Assembly: GCA_965216755.1 (NCBI GenBank)
Contig: CBDCGL010000011.1
Coordinates: 4,576,001-4,640,000 of the forward strand
Reading direction: 5' to 3'
Source: Alphaproteobacteria bacterium
Lineage (GTDB): Bacteria > Pseudomonadota > Alphaproteobacteria > UBA7887
DNA length: 64,000 bases
Shown in pieces: positions 39,090-50,255 of this stretch; position 1 is the stretch's first letter; each line of letters starts with the position of its first letter. The position numbers and the translations under genes are program-made. The notes under the pieces were generated by a model. That model searched no databases. It was not told the origin of the DNA and saw nothing but the letters and a program-made list of their open reading frames with translations.

Positions 39090-39118
39090 ATTATACAATA
39101 ATTCGTAGGGCGCTGCAA
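39090..39118 (-). promoter_or_regulatory. Sigma70-type promoter for the toxin/array operon
   Basis: Minus-strand TTGCAG (39118-39113), N17, TATAAT (39095-39090) in an AT-rich patch 35 bp upstream of ATG 39054. Confidence 0.65.
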
Positions 39119-39306
39119 CTTAAAATTGAAACCGGGATAGAGCCGGTGTCTGACGCGTGCCGATCTGTCTTGGCACGTCGCCCAGAATGCCAAGAATAAT
39201 CCCCGGCGGCGGCGACGTCATGGCGAGAGTTAGGCGATATTGTGGCGGAGAGAGTGACGGGTGCGGCCGTCACATCGGCCGAATCGAACAGATCGACCAA
39301 AAAGCC

Positions 39307-42300
39307 TTAGGTGAGGGAGGCCAAAAACGCTTTTGCGGCTAATAAATCGGGTGTGTCAAAGCCTTCATCGAAAGCGGCATGGATGGGCGTGATCAGGTCG
39401 CGCGCCTGGTTTGTCTGGTCTTGTTGGTTCCACAACTGCGCGAGGGAAAGGGCGGCGCGCAGCTCTAGTGCGCGGGCACCTTGGCCTTGTGCGACCACCA
39501 GGGCATTGGCAAATCGGCTGGCGGCGGAGTCCGCGTCGGGCTTGGCAACCTGCAAGGCCGCCTCACCGGAAAGGCGGAGGAGTTCCGCTTTCCAAAAGCC
39601 TTCGCCGGTCTCTTCCATAAGCGCGAACGCCTTGTCGATTTCGGCCAACGCGTCGTCGGGGCGACCGGCGTGTAGCAGAGCTTCGGCGGCCAAGCCGCGG
39701 AAATAGGTCGCACTCATTTGCGTACCGGTCTTGAGACAAAGCTGCACCCCTTCGGTGACTTCGTCCGGGCCGCCGCGCTCGTTACCCGAGATCGTGCGCG
39801 CCCAACCGCGTACAACGGTGGCGATGCCGACATACATGGCAAGGCCAAGGTCGCGGCCGATGACCAAGGCCTCCTCGGCGCAGGCCTGTGCCGCGGCGGG
39901 GTCGCGACGAAATTGATGGACCCAACTGGCCCATACCAGGCCGTGGGCGACACTGGGCGGGTGCCCAAGCTGCCGCGCGAGGGCGATCGCCTGGTCGACG
40001 TCGGCCTTGGCGCGATCGGGCGTGCCGATCAACCAACGGGCCAGGGCGCCTTGACCCAATCCGCACACGGCCGGGTCATGCCCGCCATATCGGGCGGCTT
40101 GGCCACCATGACTGTCGCGGTCGTACAAAGGCAGTCCGGTCTCCACGTGCGAGAGGCCGCGCCGTATGTCGCCATGCCATAAAAAGGTCGTCCAGGCCGC
40201 ATGATTGGCTTGAAGCCGCAACTCGACCGCTTGGTCTTGTTCGGCAATGTCGAGAAGTTCGTTGGCGTGGCCGATGGCGTGACCACTGCCGACACCCGTT
40301 TGTTGAAACAGCCAACTGCCCCACAAGGCCGGGAATTGTTGGTGTATGTCACCCAGGCTTTGGCAAATTCCATGCGCTTTTTCGTATATGTTCTTGGCCG
40401 TCTTTGATGCCCAGCCTTCGGTCACAATCAAGGCGGGGCCCAATACCGTATAGACGGCCAGTTCCTTTTGACGCCGCGTGTCGTCGTCAGGTGTTTGCTG
40501 GAGACATTCCAATGCCTTTTGCAGGTGACCGATGGCATCCTTGTTTGCGGCGTGGCGGACAGCCAACTGGCCGGCCCTCAGCCAACAGCCTGCGGCGTGC
40601 TCCACCAAGCCTGCCGATTGGTAATGGTGCGCCAGCAGCTCCGGCCGATTTTCCTCGATATGCGGATCGATCCGCCTGAGCGCCCCGGCGACCTTTTCAT
40701 GCCAATGGCGGCGCTTGTTGCGCAGCAGGGAATCCATCGCCGCTTCGTGCACCAAGGCGTGCTTGAAACTGTAGGAGACGCGCGACCCGCCGCCGCGCTG
40801 GAAGACGAGGCCCGAACTGACCAGCGCGGTCAGCGCGTCTTGCAAGGTTACTTCGTCCATGGGCGAGACCGCGGCAAGAACCTCATAGGCGAAGTCGCGG
40901 CCAATACAGGCACCGATCTGAGCCACTTCCTTTATCGGCGCCAATTGGTCTAGCCGTGCCATCAAGCTATCGCGCAACGTGGTCGGGATTTCCAGTGTCG
41001 GCATTGTTCCGCGGACTTCATATCGGTTGCCAACGTCTTCCAGATACCCGGCTTCGAGCACCATCTTGGTCAGCTCTTCGGCGAACAAGGGAATTCCGTC
41101 CGTCCGCTCGATGATCTGGTCGAGTACGGCTTGCGGCAGCGCTTTGGCGCGCGCAACACCGGCGATCAGGGCCGCGCCCTGGCGCCGCGTCAGGCGATTG
41201 AGTGCGTGCACCGTGACGTGGCCGTAGCCGAGCCACGGCGGTTTAAATTCCGGGCGATAGGTAACGATTAGCAAAACGCGTCGGTCATGGATGTTGTCAA
41301 TAAAGGCTGAGATCGCTTCCAGCGTTGTTTCATCGATCCAATGCGCATCTTCCACTACCATCAGAACCGGTTGTCGGCCGGAGAGACCGGTCAATTGTTC
41401 GACCAACGCCTCCATCGTTCTTTCTTTTTGCTTTTGTGGGCCGCCTGCGCGCAGCGGATAGCGGTCTTGTTCGATCGACAACATGGCGGCAAAAAGCGGC
41501 GCCACGGCGGCGACGTCGCCGGTGCCTTGGCTTAGCAGGGTTTCGAGCTTGTCGAGCTGTTCGATAGCCGTGTCGTTGCGGTCGAAACCCGCCGCACGCT
41601 GCAAATGCTCGATCAAGGGATACAGGGCGGTGTTAACAAAATAAGGCGAGCATTGGTAGCGCAGCCGAATATGTGGTTCTTCGGCCACGTGTCGGCATAT
41701 GGTTTCGGTGATGCGGCTCTTGCCGATGCCCGGCTCGCCGCACAGCAAAACCACTTGTCCTTCGCCGGCTTTGGCAAGACGCCAGCGTCGCAACAGCAAG
41801 CCGGTCTCTTCCTCGCGTCCGACCAATGGCGATAGATGCTCGGCATGGGCCGCGAAGCGGCCGTCGACTTGCGCGACCCCGGTCACGTGCCACGCACGGA
41901 GCGGTTCAACAATACCCTTCAAGACATGCTCGCCGAGATTCTCGAGCTCGAAGACGCCAGCGACAAGTTGGCGCGTCGTCGGGGCAATCACGACTTGGTC
42001 CGGTTTCGCCAAACCTTGGACACGGGCGGCAACATTTGGCGTCTCGCCGACCGCGGCATTCGGCAGATCGGCCCCGCCGTCGTGCGAGGCGCCGACGACG
42101 ACCGCGCCAGTCGCGATACCGACACGAACCCGCAGCGGCTCGGGCGAATCGATTGCCTTGACAGCTTGGACAATGTCGAGCCCCGCGCGCACGGCACGCT
42201 CAGCGTCGTCTTCATGGGCGACTGGCCAACCGAAATAAGCCATAACGCCGTCGCCCAAAAACTGCGCCACATGGCCTTCGTAACGTTCGATGACTTTCGC

Positions 42301-42681
42301 GCAGGGTTGGCGATAGGCGCGCATCAAGGCGCGCAAATCCTCGGGGTCCAGACGCTCCGACAGGGCCGTCGATCCAACCAAATCACAGAACATCACCGTA
42401 AGCTGGCGACGCTCAGCACCAGGCGCAGCGTTGGGCGCCGCGCTATCGCGCGGGGTGTGTTCTTCCGCGGATTGCGAAGGTGCTTGTTCCACAAAGGAAT
42501 GTTGGATTCCGTCGCGTAGCGCCTTAAGTAATTTGCGGCGGTGGCCGAGGCTCAAACCGAGGTTGGCGAAATCCGCGTCGTTCAGTTCGGCAAGTACATC
42601 AAGGTCGACGTCATTTGATTCGAATGCGTCAGCGTATTGACCGAGCCCGATCGCTTCCAGCCAGCTGCGTATGTTTGTCAT
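39307..42681 (-). CDS. SAM + class III adenylate/guanylate cyclase + STAND ATPase + TPR protein
   Basis: WLEAIGLGQYA SAM; ERRQLTVMFCDLVGST, FLGDG, GETPNVAAR; GEPGIGKSR, VEDAHWID; ELRAALSLA. Confidence 0.92.
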   Translation of the reverse strand: MTNIRSWLEAIGLGQYADAFESNDVDLDVLAELNDADFANLGLSLGHRRKLLKALRDGIQHSFVEQAPSQSAEEHTPRDSAAPNAAPGAERRQLTVMFCDLVGSTALSERLDPEDLRALMRAYRQPCAKVIERYEGHVAQFLGDGVMAYFGWPVAHEDDAERAVRAGLDIVQAVKAIDSPEPLRVRVGIATGAVVVGASHDGGADLPNAAVGETPNVAARVQGLAKPDQVVIAPTTRQLVAGVFELENLGEHVLKGIVEPLRAWHVTGVAQVDGRFAAHAEHLSPLVGREEETGLLLRRWRLAKAGEGQVVLLCGEPGIGKSRITETICRHVAEEPHIRLRYQCSPYFVNTALYPLIEHLQRAAGFDRNDTAIEQLDKLETLLSQGTGDVAAVAPLFAAMLSIEQDRYPLRAGGPQKQKERTMEALVEQLTGLSGRQPVLMVVEDAHWIDETTLEAISAFIDNIHDRRVLLIVTYRPEFKPPWLGYGHVTVHALNRLTRRQGAALIAGVARAKALPQAVLDQIIERTDGIPLFAEELTKMVLEAGYLEDVGNRYEVRGTMPTLEIPTTLRDSLMARLDQLAPIKEVAQIGACIGRDFAYEVLAAVSPMDEVTLQDALTALVSSGLVFQRGGGSRVSYSFKHALVHEAAMDSLLRNKRRHWHEKVAGALRRIDPHIEENRPELLAHHYQSAGLVEHAAGCWLRAGQLAVRHAANKDAIGHLQKALECLQQTPDDDTRRQKELAVYTVLGPALIVTEGWASKTAKNIYEKAHGICQSLGDIHQQFPALWGSWLFQQTGVGSGHAIGHANELLDIAEQDQAVELRLQANHAAWTTFLWHGDIRRGLSHVETGLPLYDRDSHGGQAARYGGHDPAVCGLGQGALARWLIGTPDRAKADVDQAIALARQLGHPPSVAHGLVWASWVHQFRRDPAAAQACAEEALVIGRDLGLAMYVGIATVVRGWARTISGNERGGPDEVTEGVQLCLKTGTQMSATYFRGLAAEALLHAGRPDDALAEIDKAFALMEETGEGFWKAELLRLSGEAALQVAKPDADSAASRFANALVVAQGQGARALELRAALSLAQLWNQQDQTNQARDLITPIHAAFDEGFDTPDLLAAKAFLASLT

Positions 42682-42817
42682 GGGAATAGATTACACTGCC
42701 GCTGCGAATTGTGCAGCCGGCTGTCTTCTGCGACCAGCAGTGCTGCTGCCGACCGGTGGTGTTTTGCGTATGTTGCCCTATCATGGGGATGCCGAAGACA
42801 GCCCTTAGGAGCAAATC

Positions 42818-45325
42818 GTGTCAGAGCCCAACAAGACGAAGACAGCACCGTTTGAAGGCGTGCGGGTCATCAATCTGAGCGGCGCATGGGCGGGACGTAT
42901 CGCGGCCATGCTTCTGGCCGATCAGGGGGCAGACGCTATCGATATCCAGCGTCCTGACCGGAATAGACACCCGGCGGATCCGCTGATCGATCGCGGCAAA
43001 CGGGTGGTTCGTTTGAATTTCAGCCGGGATGAAGAAAAACAAAAGGCCATAGAATTGGCGAAGTCCGCAGATATCGTGATCGACAACATGCGGCCCGGTG
43101 CCGCGAAGCGATTCGGTTTGGACTATGAGAGTCTAAAACTGGCCAACGAGGCATTGGTGCATGTGGCCTTGCCGGGCTTTGCAAAGGGCGATGTCCGGCA
43201 CCAAGCGTATGCGTGGGAGGGTGCGGTCAACGCAGCCGTCGGCGTTTTTACCGACGTTGCGCCATTGGGGCCTTTGCTCGGCGGTGAGCCCATCTACACC
43301 GCAATACCCATGGCATCCGCGTATGGCGGTGTACATGGCGCCTTGGCCGCGGCGCTGGGCCTATTCCACAGAATGCGCTCCGGTCAGGGGCAGCATATCG
43401 AAGTGCCCCTTGCCGACGCGGTCCTATCCGCGATGGCGCTGTTGGCGGCAAAGATCGAAGGCCAGCCGGCGCGTTACAATTTGCCGTCAATCGACAATCC
43501 CATGATGAACGTGGCGTTTCCAATTTTTCGTGATTTGGCCGACCATTTGACGGCCAAGCACCGGGCGTTGATCGCGGGATACTTGAAAAGCTATCAGTTG
43601 CCGACATTCAATGATTTCGAATGTGCCGACGGCCGACGAATCTTCTTGAACGCCACTGACCATGTCCACCAATCGCGGGCCGCGCTCGAAGTCTTGGGAA
43701 TCTTTGACGACTTGGTCGCCGAAGGTTTGGTGATCGGCAACCCTTATGCCGAGACCGACGGCGGCAACAATCTCAACAACACCCGATCGTTGTCGCCGGC
43801 GTGGCAGAAGCGGTTGATTGAAGCTGTGGCGGAGCGGTTCAAGACGCGACCGGCGCATGAATGGGAAACCGCACTGCGTGACGCAAATGTGCCGAATACG
43901 CTGATCCAGACAACGGCAGAGTGGTTGGCTCGTGAAGAACTAAGGGCCGGCGCTGTGGTTAGCACGCTCGGCGATCCGGAGTATGGCGAGACAATTCAGG
44001 CCGGACGGTTTTTAAGTTTGGACGGTCCCGATATGGCGTCGCCGTCATTGTCGTCCAGATCATCGGTTGGCGGCGATGTCGACTGGCGCGCGGACGGTCT
44101 ATCGATCCAAACTGGGGACAAAACAAACACGTATAAGGGCATGCTGGATGGTGTACGCGTGCTTGATCTTTCGAATGTCATTGCAGGTCCGGCGGCGGGG
44201 CGCACGTTGGCCGAATTTGGCGCCGACGTTATTCGGATCGATCCGCCGGCGCCGCAAGCCGGCCCACGCATGACCAATTGGTTTGGCGTCGATGTCAACC
44301 AAGGCAAGCGCGCCATGATCTTGGATCTCAAGTCCGAACGAGGGCAAGAGATCATGACCCGACTGGTCGCCAACGCAGACGTGGTGTTGCACAATTTCCT
44401 AGACCGATCCGCCAAAACGCTCGGCATTGGCCATAATCAACTCACGGCTATCAAGCCGGACATCATTTCGTGCCAGATCAGTGCTTGGGGCGGTCCGGAC
44501 GGCGGCCCATTCAAGGATGATCCGGCATTTGACCCAGTATTGCAGGCGGCGAGCGGCATCATGGCGCGCTACGGCACCTCGCAACAGCCGGTGTTGCACG
44601 CCATCGCATCGTGTGTGGACTATATCACCGGCTTCGCGGCAACACTTGGAATCGTGCAGGCGTTGGCCGCAAGGTCAGCCGGGCGTGGCGGTGCATATGT
44701 TCGGACGGCACTTGCCATGGGCGCGCAGCTTGTGCAGTTCCCTTTTGTGATCGATCACATGGCGGTTGAACATGGCCGCGAACCGTCCGGCCAAGACGCT
44801 CGGGGCGACGGCGCGCACCAACACCTATACCGCGCCGACGATGGGTGGGTGTTTGTCGGCTGCCGCCGGCTCGACTTGGCTGCAGTTTCAGATGCACTTG
44901 GCGCGACTGCCCAAAACGCTCAGGCGATCGCTGAAAAAGCTGGAAAGCATTCAATGAAACAACTGATGTTGCTGCTGGACCGCGTTCCGGGCGCTGTGGC
45001 CATGCCGGTGGCATCGCTGCAATCAATACGCGAGTCGCACACCGTGGATGCGGACGAGACGATGCAAGTGGCGGCCACCAACGGTTCGCTACAACTGGTG
45101 CGATCGCCACATCCGTCCGGCTATCCCACGACATTGCCGGTGCCGACATGGCATCGCCCGGACAGTACCGTCGTACGTCGCTTGTTCCCGGCCCCGTGGC
45201 CCGGAGCCCATACGCGCGATATCTTGCGGGAAACTGGCTGGACATTTGCGGAGATCGACCAGATTCTGGCGGACGGCGCGGCTGCGACGGAATGGCCAAT
45301 GCTCAAACACTATTTGCCCAAATAA
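42818..45325 (+). CDS. Tandem-domain CaiB/BaiF class III CoA-transferase
   Basis: Two repeats: GVRVINLSGAWAG...ADQGAD and GVRVLDLSNVIAGP...AEFGADVIRID. Confidence 0.88.
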   Translation: MSEPNKTKTAPFEGVRVINLSGAWAGRIAAMLLADQGADAIDIQRPDRNRHPADPLIDRGKRVVRLNFSRDEEKQKAIELAKSADIVIDNMRPGAAKRFGLDYESLKLANEALVHVALPGFAKGDVRHQAYAWEGAVNAAVGVFTDVAPLGPLLGGEPIYTAIPMASAYGGVHGALAAALGLFHRMRSGQGQHIEVPLADAVLSAMALLAAKIEGQPARYNLPSIDNPMMNVAFPIFRDLADHLTAKHRALIAGYLKSYQLPTFNDFECADGRRIFLNATDHVHQSRAALEVLGIFDDLVAEGLVIGNPYAETDGGNNLNNTRSLSPAWQKRLIEAVAERFKTRPAHEWETALRDANVPNTLIQTTAEWLAREELRAGAVVSTLGDPEYGETIQAGRFLSLDGPDMASPSLSSRSSVGGDVDWRADGLSIQTGDKTNTYKGMLDGVRVLDLSNVIAGPAAGRTLAEFGADVIRIDPPAPQAGPRMTNWFGVDVNQGKRAMILDLKSERGQEIMTRLVANADVVLHNFLDRSAKTLGIGHNQLTAIKPDIISCQISAWGGPDGGPFKDDPAFDPVLQAASGIMARYGTSQQPVLHAIASCVDYITGFAATLGIVQALAARSAGRGGAYVRTALAMGAQLVQFPFVIDHMAVEHGREPSGQDARGDGAHQHLYRADDGWVFVGCRRLDLAAVSDALGATAQNAQAIAEKAGKHSMKQLMLLLDRVPGAVAMPVASLQSIRESHTVDADETMQVAATNGSLQLVRSPHPSGYPTTLPVPTWHRPDSTVVRRLFPAPWPGAHTRDILRETGWTFAEIDQILADGAAATEWPMLKHYLPK

Positions 45326-45454
45326 TCTGCTCCCGATCAGGATTTCTGGGTCGGCGAGACATCCAACATTGGATCGCCGCATTCTATATGAATCAGAGGC
45401 ACCGCATACTCTTCTGCCCCGTAGGAAAAACCCCGATACGCATTCGAGGACTTC

Positions 45455-47131
45455 ATGACGGTCAAATCCGACATCGATATTGCCCGCGACGCAACTTTGT
45501 TGCCGATTCAAGAGATTGCCGCAAAACTCGGCATTCCAGCTGATTGTTTGGTGCCCTTCGGCCACGACAAGGCGAAAATCTCCAGTGACTTTGTCCGCGA
45601 TCAATCGGAACAATCGGATGGCAAGCTGATTTTGGTGACGGCCATCAACCCGACCCCCGCCGGCGAAGGCAAAACGACCACCACCGTAGGATTGGGTGAC
45701 GCGCTCAATCGCATCGGCAAGCGAGCGGCGATCTGTCTGCGAGAGCCATCGCTAGGACCGTGTTTTGGCATGAAGGGCGGCGCAGCTGGTGGCGGGCTTG
45801 CGCAGGTTGTGCCCATGGAAGACATCAACCTCCATTTCACCGGTGATTTTCACGCCATTACCAGCGCACACAATCTGCTCAGCGCCATGATCGATAATCA
45901 TATCTATTGGGGCAATGCGGCAGGACTGGATATTCGCCGGATCACGTGGCGGCGCGTGTTGGACATGAACGATCGGGCCCTGCGCCAAATTGTCGCATCA
46001 CTTGGCGGCGTTGCGAACGGATTTCCGCGCGAAGCTGGATTTGACATTACTGTGGCATCCGAGATCATGGCGATTCTTTGTCTAGCCATGGATCTACCGG
46101 ACCTGCAGGCGAGATTGGGCGATATCATCGTAGGCTATCGCCGCGATCGTTCGCCGGTGTTTTGTCGGGATATCAAGGCCGATGGCGCTATGACAGTGTT
46201 GCTCAAACAAGCGATGCAGCCGAATTTGGTCCAGACGCTTGAAAACAACCCAGCGTTCATTCATGGCGGGCCATTCGCCAATATCGCGCATGGCTGCAAT
46301 TCCGTCATTGCCACACGCACAGCACTGAAGCTGGCCGATTATGTGGTCACGGAAGCGGGATTCGGCGCTGATTTGGGAGCCGAAAAGTTCTTCAACATCA
46401 AATGTCGTAAAGCTGGCTTGAAACCGCAAGCAGCGGTTATTGTCGCAACGGTTCGCGCACTAAAGATGAATGGCGGCGTTGGCAAGGATAATCTTGCAAA
46501 TGAGAATATTGCAGCCGTCAAGAAGGGGTGTGCAAACCTCAGACGACATATCGAGAACGTAAAGCAATTCGGGGTCCCTGCCATCGTGGCGATCAATCAT
46601 TTTTCGAACGACACCGATGCTGAAATTGTTGCAGTCACGGACAACGTCATGCGCCAAGGCGCCGAGGCTGTGGTTTGTCGGCATTGGGCACAAGGATCAG
46701 TAGGGGCCGAGGAATTGGCACGAAAAGTGGTTGATCTGATCGACGGCCGTGGTGCGCAGTTTGCCCCCCTTTATGACGACGATCTGCCGTTGTTCAAAAA
46801 AGTCGAAGCGATTGCGAAACGCGTCTATAGAGCGGATGAAGTGCTGGCCGATCGGAAAATCCGTGACCAATTGCGTCAGTGGGAAGAACGCGGTTTCGGG
46901 CGCTTGCCCATCTGTATCGCCAAGACACAATATTCGTTTTCCACGGATCCGAATTTGCGAGGCGCACCGAACGGCCATTCAGTGCCGATCCGCGAGGTTC
47001 GGCTCGCGGCGGGGGCTGGATTTGTTGTCGTCATTTGTGGTGATATCATGACCATGCCCGGATTACCGCGAGTTCCATCGGCCGAGGCGATATACATTGA
47101 CGATGCGGGCGAGGTCCAAGGGCTTTTTTAG
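45455..47131 (+). CDS. fhs: Formate--tetrahydrofolate ligase
   Basis: [59 protein letters not shown]. Confidence 0.98.
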   Translation: MTVKSDIDIARDATLLPIQEIAAKLGIPADCLVPFGHDKAKISSDFVRDQSEQSDGKLILVTAINPTPAGEGKTTTTVGLGDALNRIGKRAAICLREPSLGPCFGMKGGAAGGGLAQVVPMEDINLHFTGDFHAITSAHNLLSAMIDNHIYWGNAAGLDIRRITWRRVLDMNDRALRQIVASLGGVANGFPREAGFDITVASEIMAILCLAMDLPDLQARLGDIIVGYRRDRSPVFCRDIKADGAMTVLLKQAMQPNLVQTLENNPAFIHGGPFANIAHGCNSVIATRTALKLADYVVTEAGFGADLGAEKFFNIKCRKAGLKPQAAVIVATVRALKMNGGVGKDNLANENIAAVKKGCANLRRHIENVKQFGVPAIVAINHFSNDTDAEIVAVTDNVMRQGAEAVVCRHWAQGSVGAEELARKVVDLIDGRGAQFAPLYDDDLPLFKKVEAIAKRVYRADEVLADRKIRDQLRQWEERGFGRLPICIAKTQYSFSTDPNLRGAPNGHSVPIREVRLAAGAGFVVVICGDIMTMPGLPRVPSAEAIYIDDAGEVQGLF

Positions 47132-47212
47132 CATGGCACTAAGTTTCAAGTGCCGGCGCGCCGATCGACTTGAAGGTCGTGCGCAGACTGCATTGGCGGA
47201 GCCGGAGATAAC

Positions 47213-47989
47213 TCAGAATCTGTGAATGAGCAATCCACCGTCTGCCTGAATGCTTTGGCCGGTGGCAAAGGCAAGTTGACCGGTGGCGAGTGCGGCGGCG
47301 ACAGAACCCATGTCGCGCGGTTGTCCGAGATGGGGCACGATCGTTAGTCCTTCCTTTGCGCGCTTGATGTACATATCGCGCGCCGGCGCCGACATGTCTG
47401 TTTCGATCAGACCAGGTTGGATTTCGTAAGAACCGATTCCCTCCGCGCCAAGGCGCACCGCGAACAACTTAGCTATCATCGACATGGCAGCTTTGGATAC
47501 ACAATATTCCCCTCGGTTGATCGAAGCGGCCTGTGCGTTTACCGATGACACAGTAATAATGCAGTGGTGCACTTGAGGCTCACGTTGGCGGCCGAGAACC
47601 CGCTTGGAGAATGCTTGGCTCAAGAAGAACGCGCCACGGGCGTTGATGGCCTGGCAACGATCATAGCTTTCCGGTAAAACATCGAGAAGATCGCCTCGGC
47701 TAAGCACCGAAACACCAGCATTGTTGACCAGTGTCGTCATGGGGCCAAGAGCAGCTTCCGTTGTGTCCAGCATAGACTTATGGCACTCGATGTCCGACAC
47801 GTCGCCGACGACCGCTACGGCCTTGACGCCAAGGGCCTCAACGTCCGCCATCGTTGTGCGCATCTGGTCGCCGTCTTGCCGCGCATTGACGCCAATGCAA
47901 AAACCTTGATTTGCCAAGGCAAGGGCGATGCCCCGACCAATGCCGCGGCTTGAGCCCGTGACCAAGGCGACATGTTGTGCGTCGCTCAT
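47213..47989 (-). CDS. Short-chain dehydrogenase/reductase
   Basis: TGSSRGIG, NNAG, YCVSK, PGLIET. Confidence 0.9.
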   Translation of the reverse strand: MSDAQHVALVTGSSRGIGRGIALALANQGFCIGVNARQDGDQMRTTMADVEALGVKAVAVVGDVSDIECHKSMLDTTEAALGPMTTLVNNAGVSVLSRGDLLDVLPESYDRCQAINARGAFFLSQAFSKRVLGRQREPQVHHCIITVSSVNAQAASINRGEYCVSKAAMSMIAKLFAVRLGAEGIGSYEIQPGLIETDMSAPARDMYIKRAKEGLTIVPHLGQPRDMGSVAAALATGQLAFATGQSIQADGGLLIHRF

Positions 47990-49149
47990 AGATTTGATGC
48001 TCCATTCTTGATCAAGTCGCGCGCGATGATGACACGCTGAATTTGATTTGTCCCTTCGTAGATCTGCGTAATCTTAGCGTCACGATAGAGCCGCTCGACC
48101 TCAAAGCCTTGAATGTAGCCGGATCCACCAAAAATCTGTACTGCGTTCGCCGTGTGAGTCACGGCGATATCGCCCGCGAAGCATTTTGCCATTGAACACG
48201 CAGCTGTCGCAGGTTCTTCGTTGTCTAGCATAATAGCGGCGCGGTGGACCATGGCGCGGGCAGCGGTCACATCTTTCGCCATGTCCGCCAACATCCATTG
48301 AATCCCCTGGTTGTCGACGATCAACCGATCAAACTGCTTGCGCGTTTGGGCGTATTCCAAAGCGGCTTCCAATCCGGCTTGCGTGATGCCAACCGCCAAG
48401 GCACCAATGCCGACGCGACCTTTTTCAAGCACGCTCATCATAATGTGAAAACCGCGGCCCTCCGGCCCAAGCAATGCGGCTTCGGGCAAATCGACGTTGT
48501 CGAAAGAGAGTGCGCCGACTTGGCTGGCGCGTTGACCCATCTTGCGTTCCTTGGGGCCACGCATCACGCCGCGCGCATTGAGGTCGACAATGAAGATGCT
48601 CATGCCACGGTGGCCAGCTTCAGGATCAGTGCGACAAAGGACGAAGCCGAGATCCGCCACCGGCGCATTGTGGATCCAAAGCTTGTTGCCGTTGAGGCGC
48701 CAGCCGTTCTCGGTTCGCAGCGCCGTCGATCTGATCCCGGACACGTCGGAACCCGCGTCGGCCTCGGTTATGCAATAAGCGACCCGTGACTCGGCCCGAA
48801 GTATTCTGCCCAGGAATTTTGCGCGCTGTTCATCGGTACCGTAGCGGGTGAGCAATGTGCCAATCAGTTCAATCAGGCCGCATTGGTCTGCGACCGAGGC
48901 GTAACCCCGGGCAAGCTCCTCCATGACTATCACGTAGGCATAACAGTCCAAACCGACGCCGCCATGCGACTCTGGCACTGTGATACCGAACAATCCGAGA
49001 TCCGCCATTTTGGCATATAGCTCACTCGGGAACCGCTCCTCGCAGTCGAGTGTTTCGGCCAACGGCCGGATGTCGTCATTGGCAAAGCGCCGGGCCGTGT
49101 CTCGAACGTGTCGGTAAGTTTCGTCGTCAAGTCTTGGAATGGGAAGCAT
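47986..49149 (-). CDS. Acyl-CoA dehydrogenase
   Basis: CITEADAGSD, RKQF, QIFGGSGY, RDAKITQIYEGTNQIQR. Confidence 0.93.
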   Translation of the reverse strand: MLPIPRLDDETYRHVRDTARRFANDDIRPLAETLDCEERFPSELYAKMADLGLFGITVPESHGGVGLDCYAYVIVMEELARGYASVADQCGLIELIGTLLTRYGTDEQRAKFLGRILRAESRVAYCITEADAGSDVSGIRSTALRTENGWRLNGNKLWIHNAPVADLGFVLCRTDPEAGHRGMSIFIVDLNARGVMRGPKERKMGQRASQVGALSFDNVDLPEAALLGPEGRGFHIMMSVLEKGRVGIGALAVGITQAGLEAALEYAQTRKQFDRLIVDNQGIQWMLADMAKDVTAARAMVHRAAIMLDNEEPATAACSMAKCFAGDIAVTHTANAVQIFGGSGYIQGFEVERLYRDAKITQIYEGTNQIQRVIIARDLIKNGASNL

Positions 49150-49317
49150 AGGAACTGCTCACGTTGGAACGATGCGCGCTGTCCGCTGCATCTTCAAGGT
49201 TCAGGGTATTTTCTAATGAAGTAACTATATGGTTACATATAGCATGGGATCGCGTTGATCAAGTAAGAAAATGCCATGGCTATTTGTCAGCTGACCAGGG
49301 CGGTGCGCCACGGTGGT

Positions 49318-49992
49318 TCACATCTTACGTACTAGGCGGCGAATCGTTGTCAGGTTGAATTCCAGTCGCTCCGCCAGTGCGGTTTCTGTCATAAACTCCC
49401 GCCCGTATATGACCGATCCAGTAAAGCGATTAGTGAGATAATAATATCCTATTGCGGCGATTGTGATGGCTAACTGCGTCGGGTCTATGCCTTTTCGGAA
49501 TACGCCCTTTTTTACACCTTTGTCCAAGATCTGCTCGATTAGTTCGCCAAACGGCCGATGGATGTTGCGAATTTCTGTCGATTTCTTAATGTGGCGTGCG
49601 CGATGCAGGTTCTCGCTGTTGACCAATGTCAAAAATTCGGGATTTTGGAGATAGTAATTCCAGGTAAACTCGATCAATTGGTCAAGCGCGGGCTCGGGCT
49701 CGAGCTGCTGCAGATTAAGAGCGCGTTCGGCGGCGCGAATGTTGGCGTAGGCATCCTCCAAAACGGCAGCAAAAAGCGCTTCTTTGCTACCAAAGTAATG
49801 ATAGATCATCCGTTTGTTGGCCCTTGCCGAGGCCGCGATCTGGTCAACACGCGCCCCGCCCAATCCATGCTTGGCGAATTCCTTCTTGGCTGCGATCAAG
49901 ATACGGCGTTGCGTTGCTTCGGCGTCGCGGACACGGGGCGCCGTCATTGGCTTGGTTGAGCGCTGTGAGGTCGCTCCCGTCGCTTGTGCCAT
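49318..49992 (-). CDS. TetR family regulator (NicS/RutR-like)
   Basis: GARVDQIA...KRMIYHYFGSKEALF HTH; NSENLH; GAGGAG RBS before ATG 49992. Confidence 0.9.
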   Translation of the reverse strand: MAQATGATSQRSTKPMTAPRVRDAEATQRRILIAAKKEFAKHGLGGARVDQIAASARANKRMIYHYFGSKEALFAAVLEDAYANIRAAERALNLQQLEPEPALDQLIEFTWNYYLQNPEFLTLVNSENLHRARHIKKSTEIRNIHRPFGELIEQILDKGVKKGVFRKGIDPTQLAITIAAIGYYYLTNRFTGSVIYGREFMTETALAERLEFNLTTIRRLVRKM

Positions 49993-50255
49993 GTCGGCAG
50001 TCTCCTCTGCATAGCCAAGGTTTGCGGGGAACTTGGTTATAGGTGGCCGCGTGTTTGATGCCAAGGCACCTTAACCGGTCAGGCGCCCCACGGTCTGCCA
50101 CGAAGAACCAAGCATGCGAACAACTCTGTCGGTCGCAATTGCCATCTGGCGCACTTATGATGGGTGGGAGCGAACCGAATTGGCGGCTGAAATAGGTGTA
50201 AGTTGCCGTCGTGCTCGTGTTGCGTTTCGAGACTTGCGACAAAGGAGGTGGCGTC

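Noticed and set aside
45326-45454. ZTP or THF riboswitch upstream of fhs
   Set aside because: Consensus elements not found by eye
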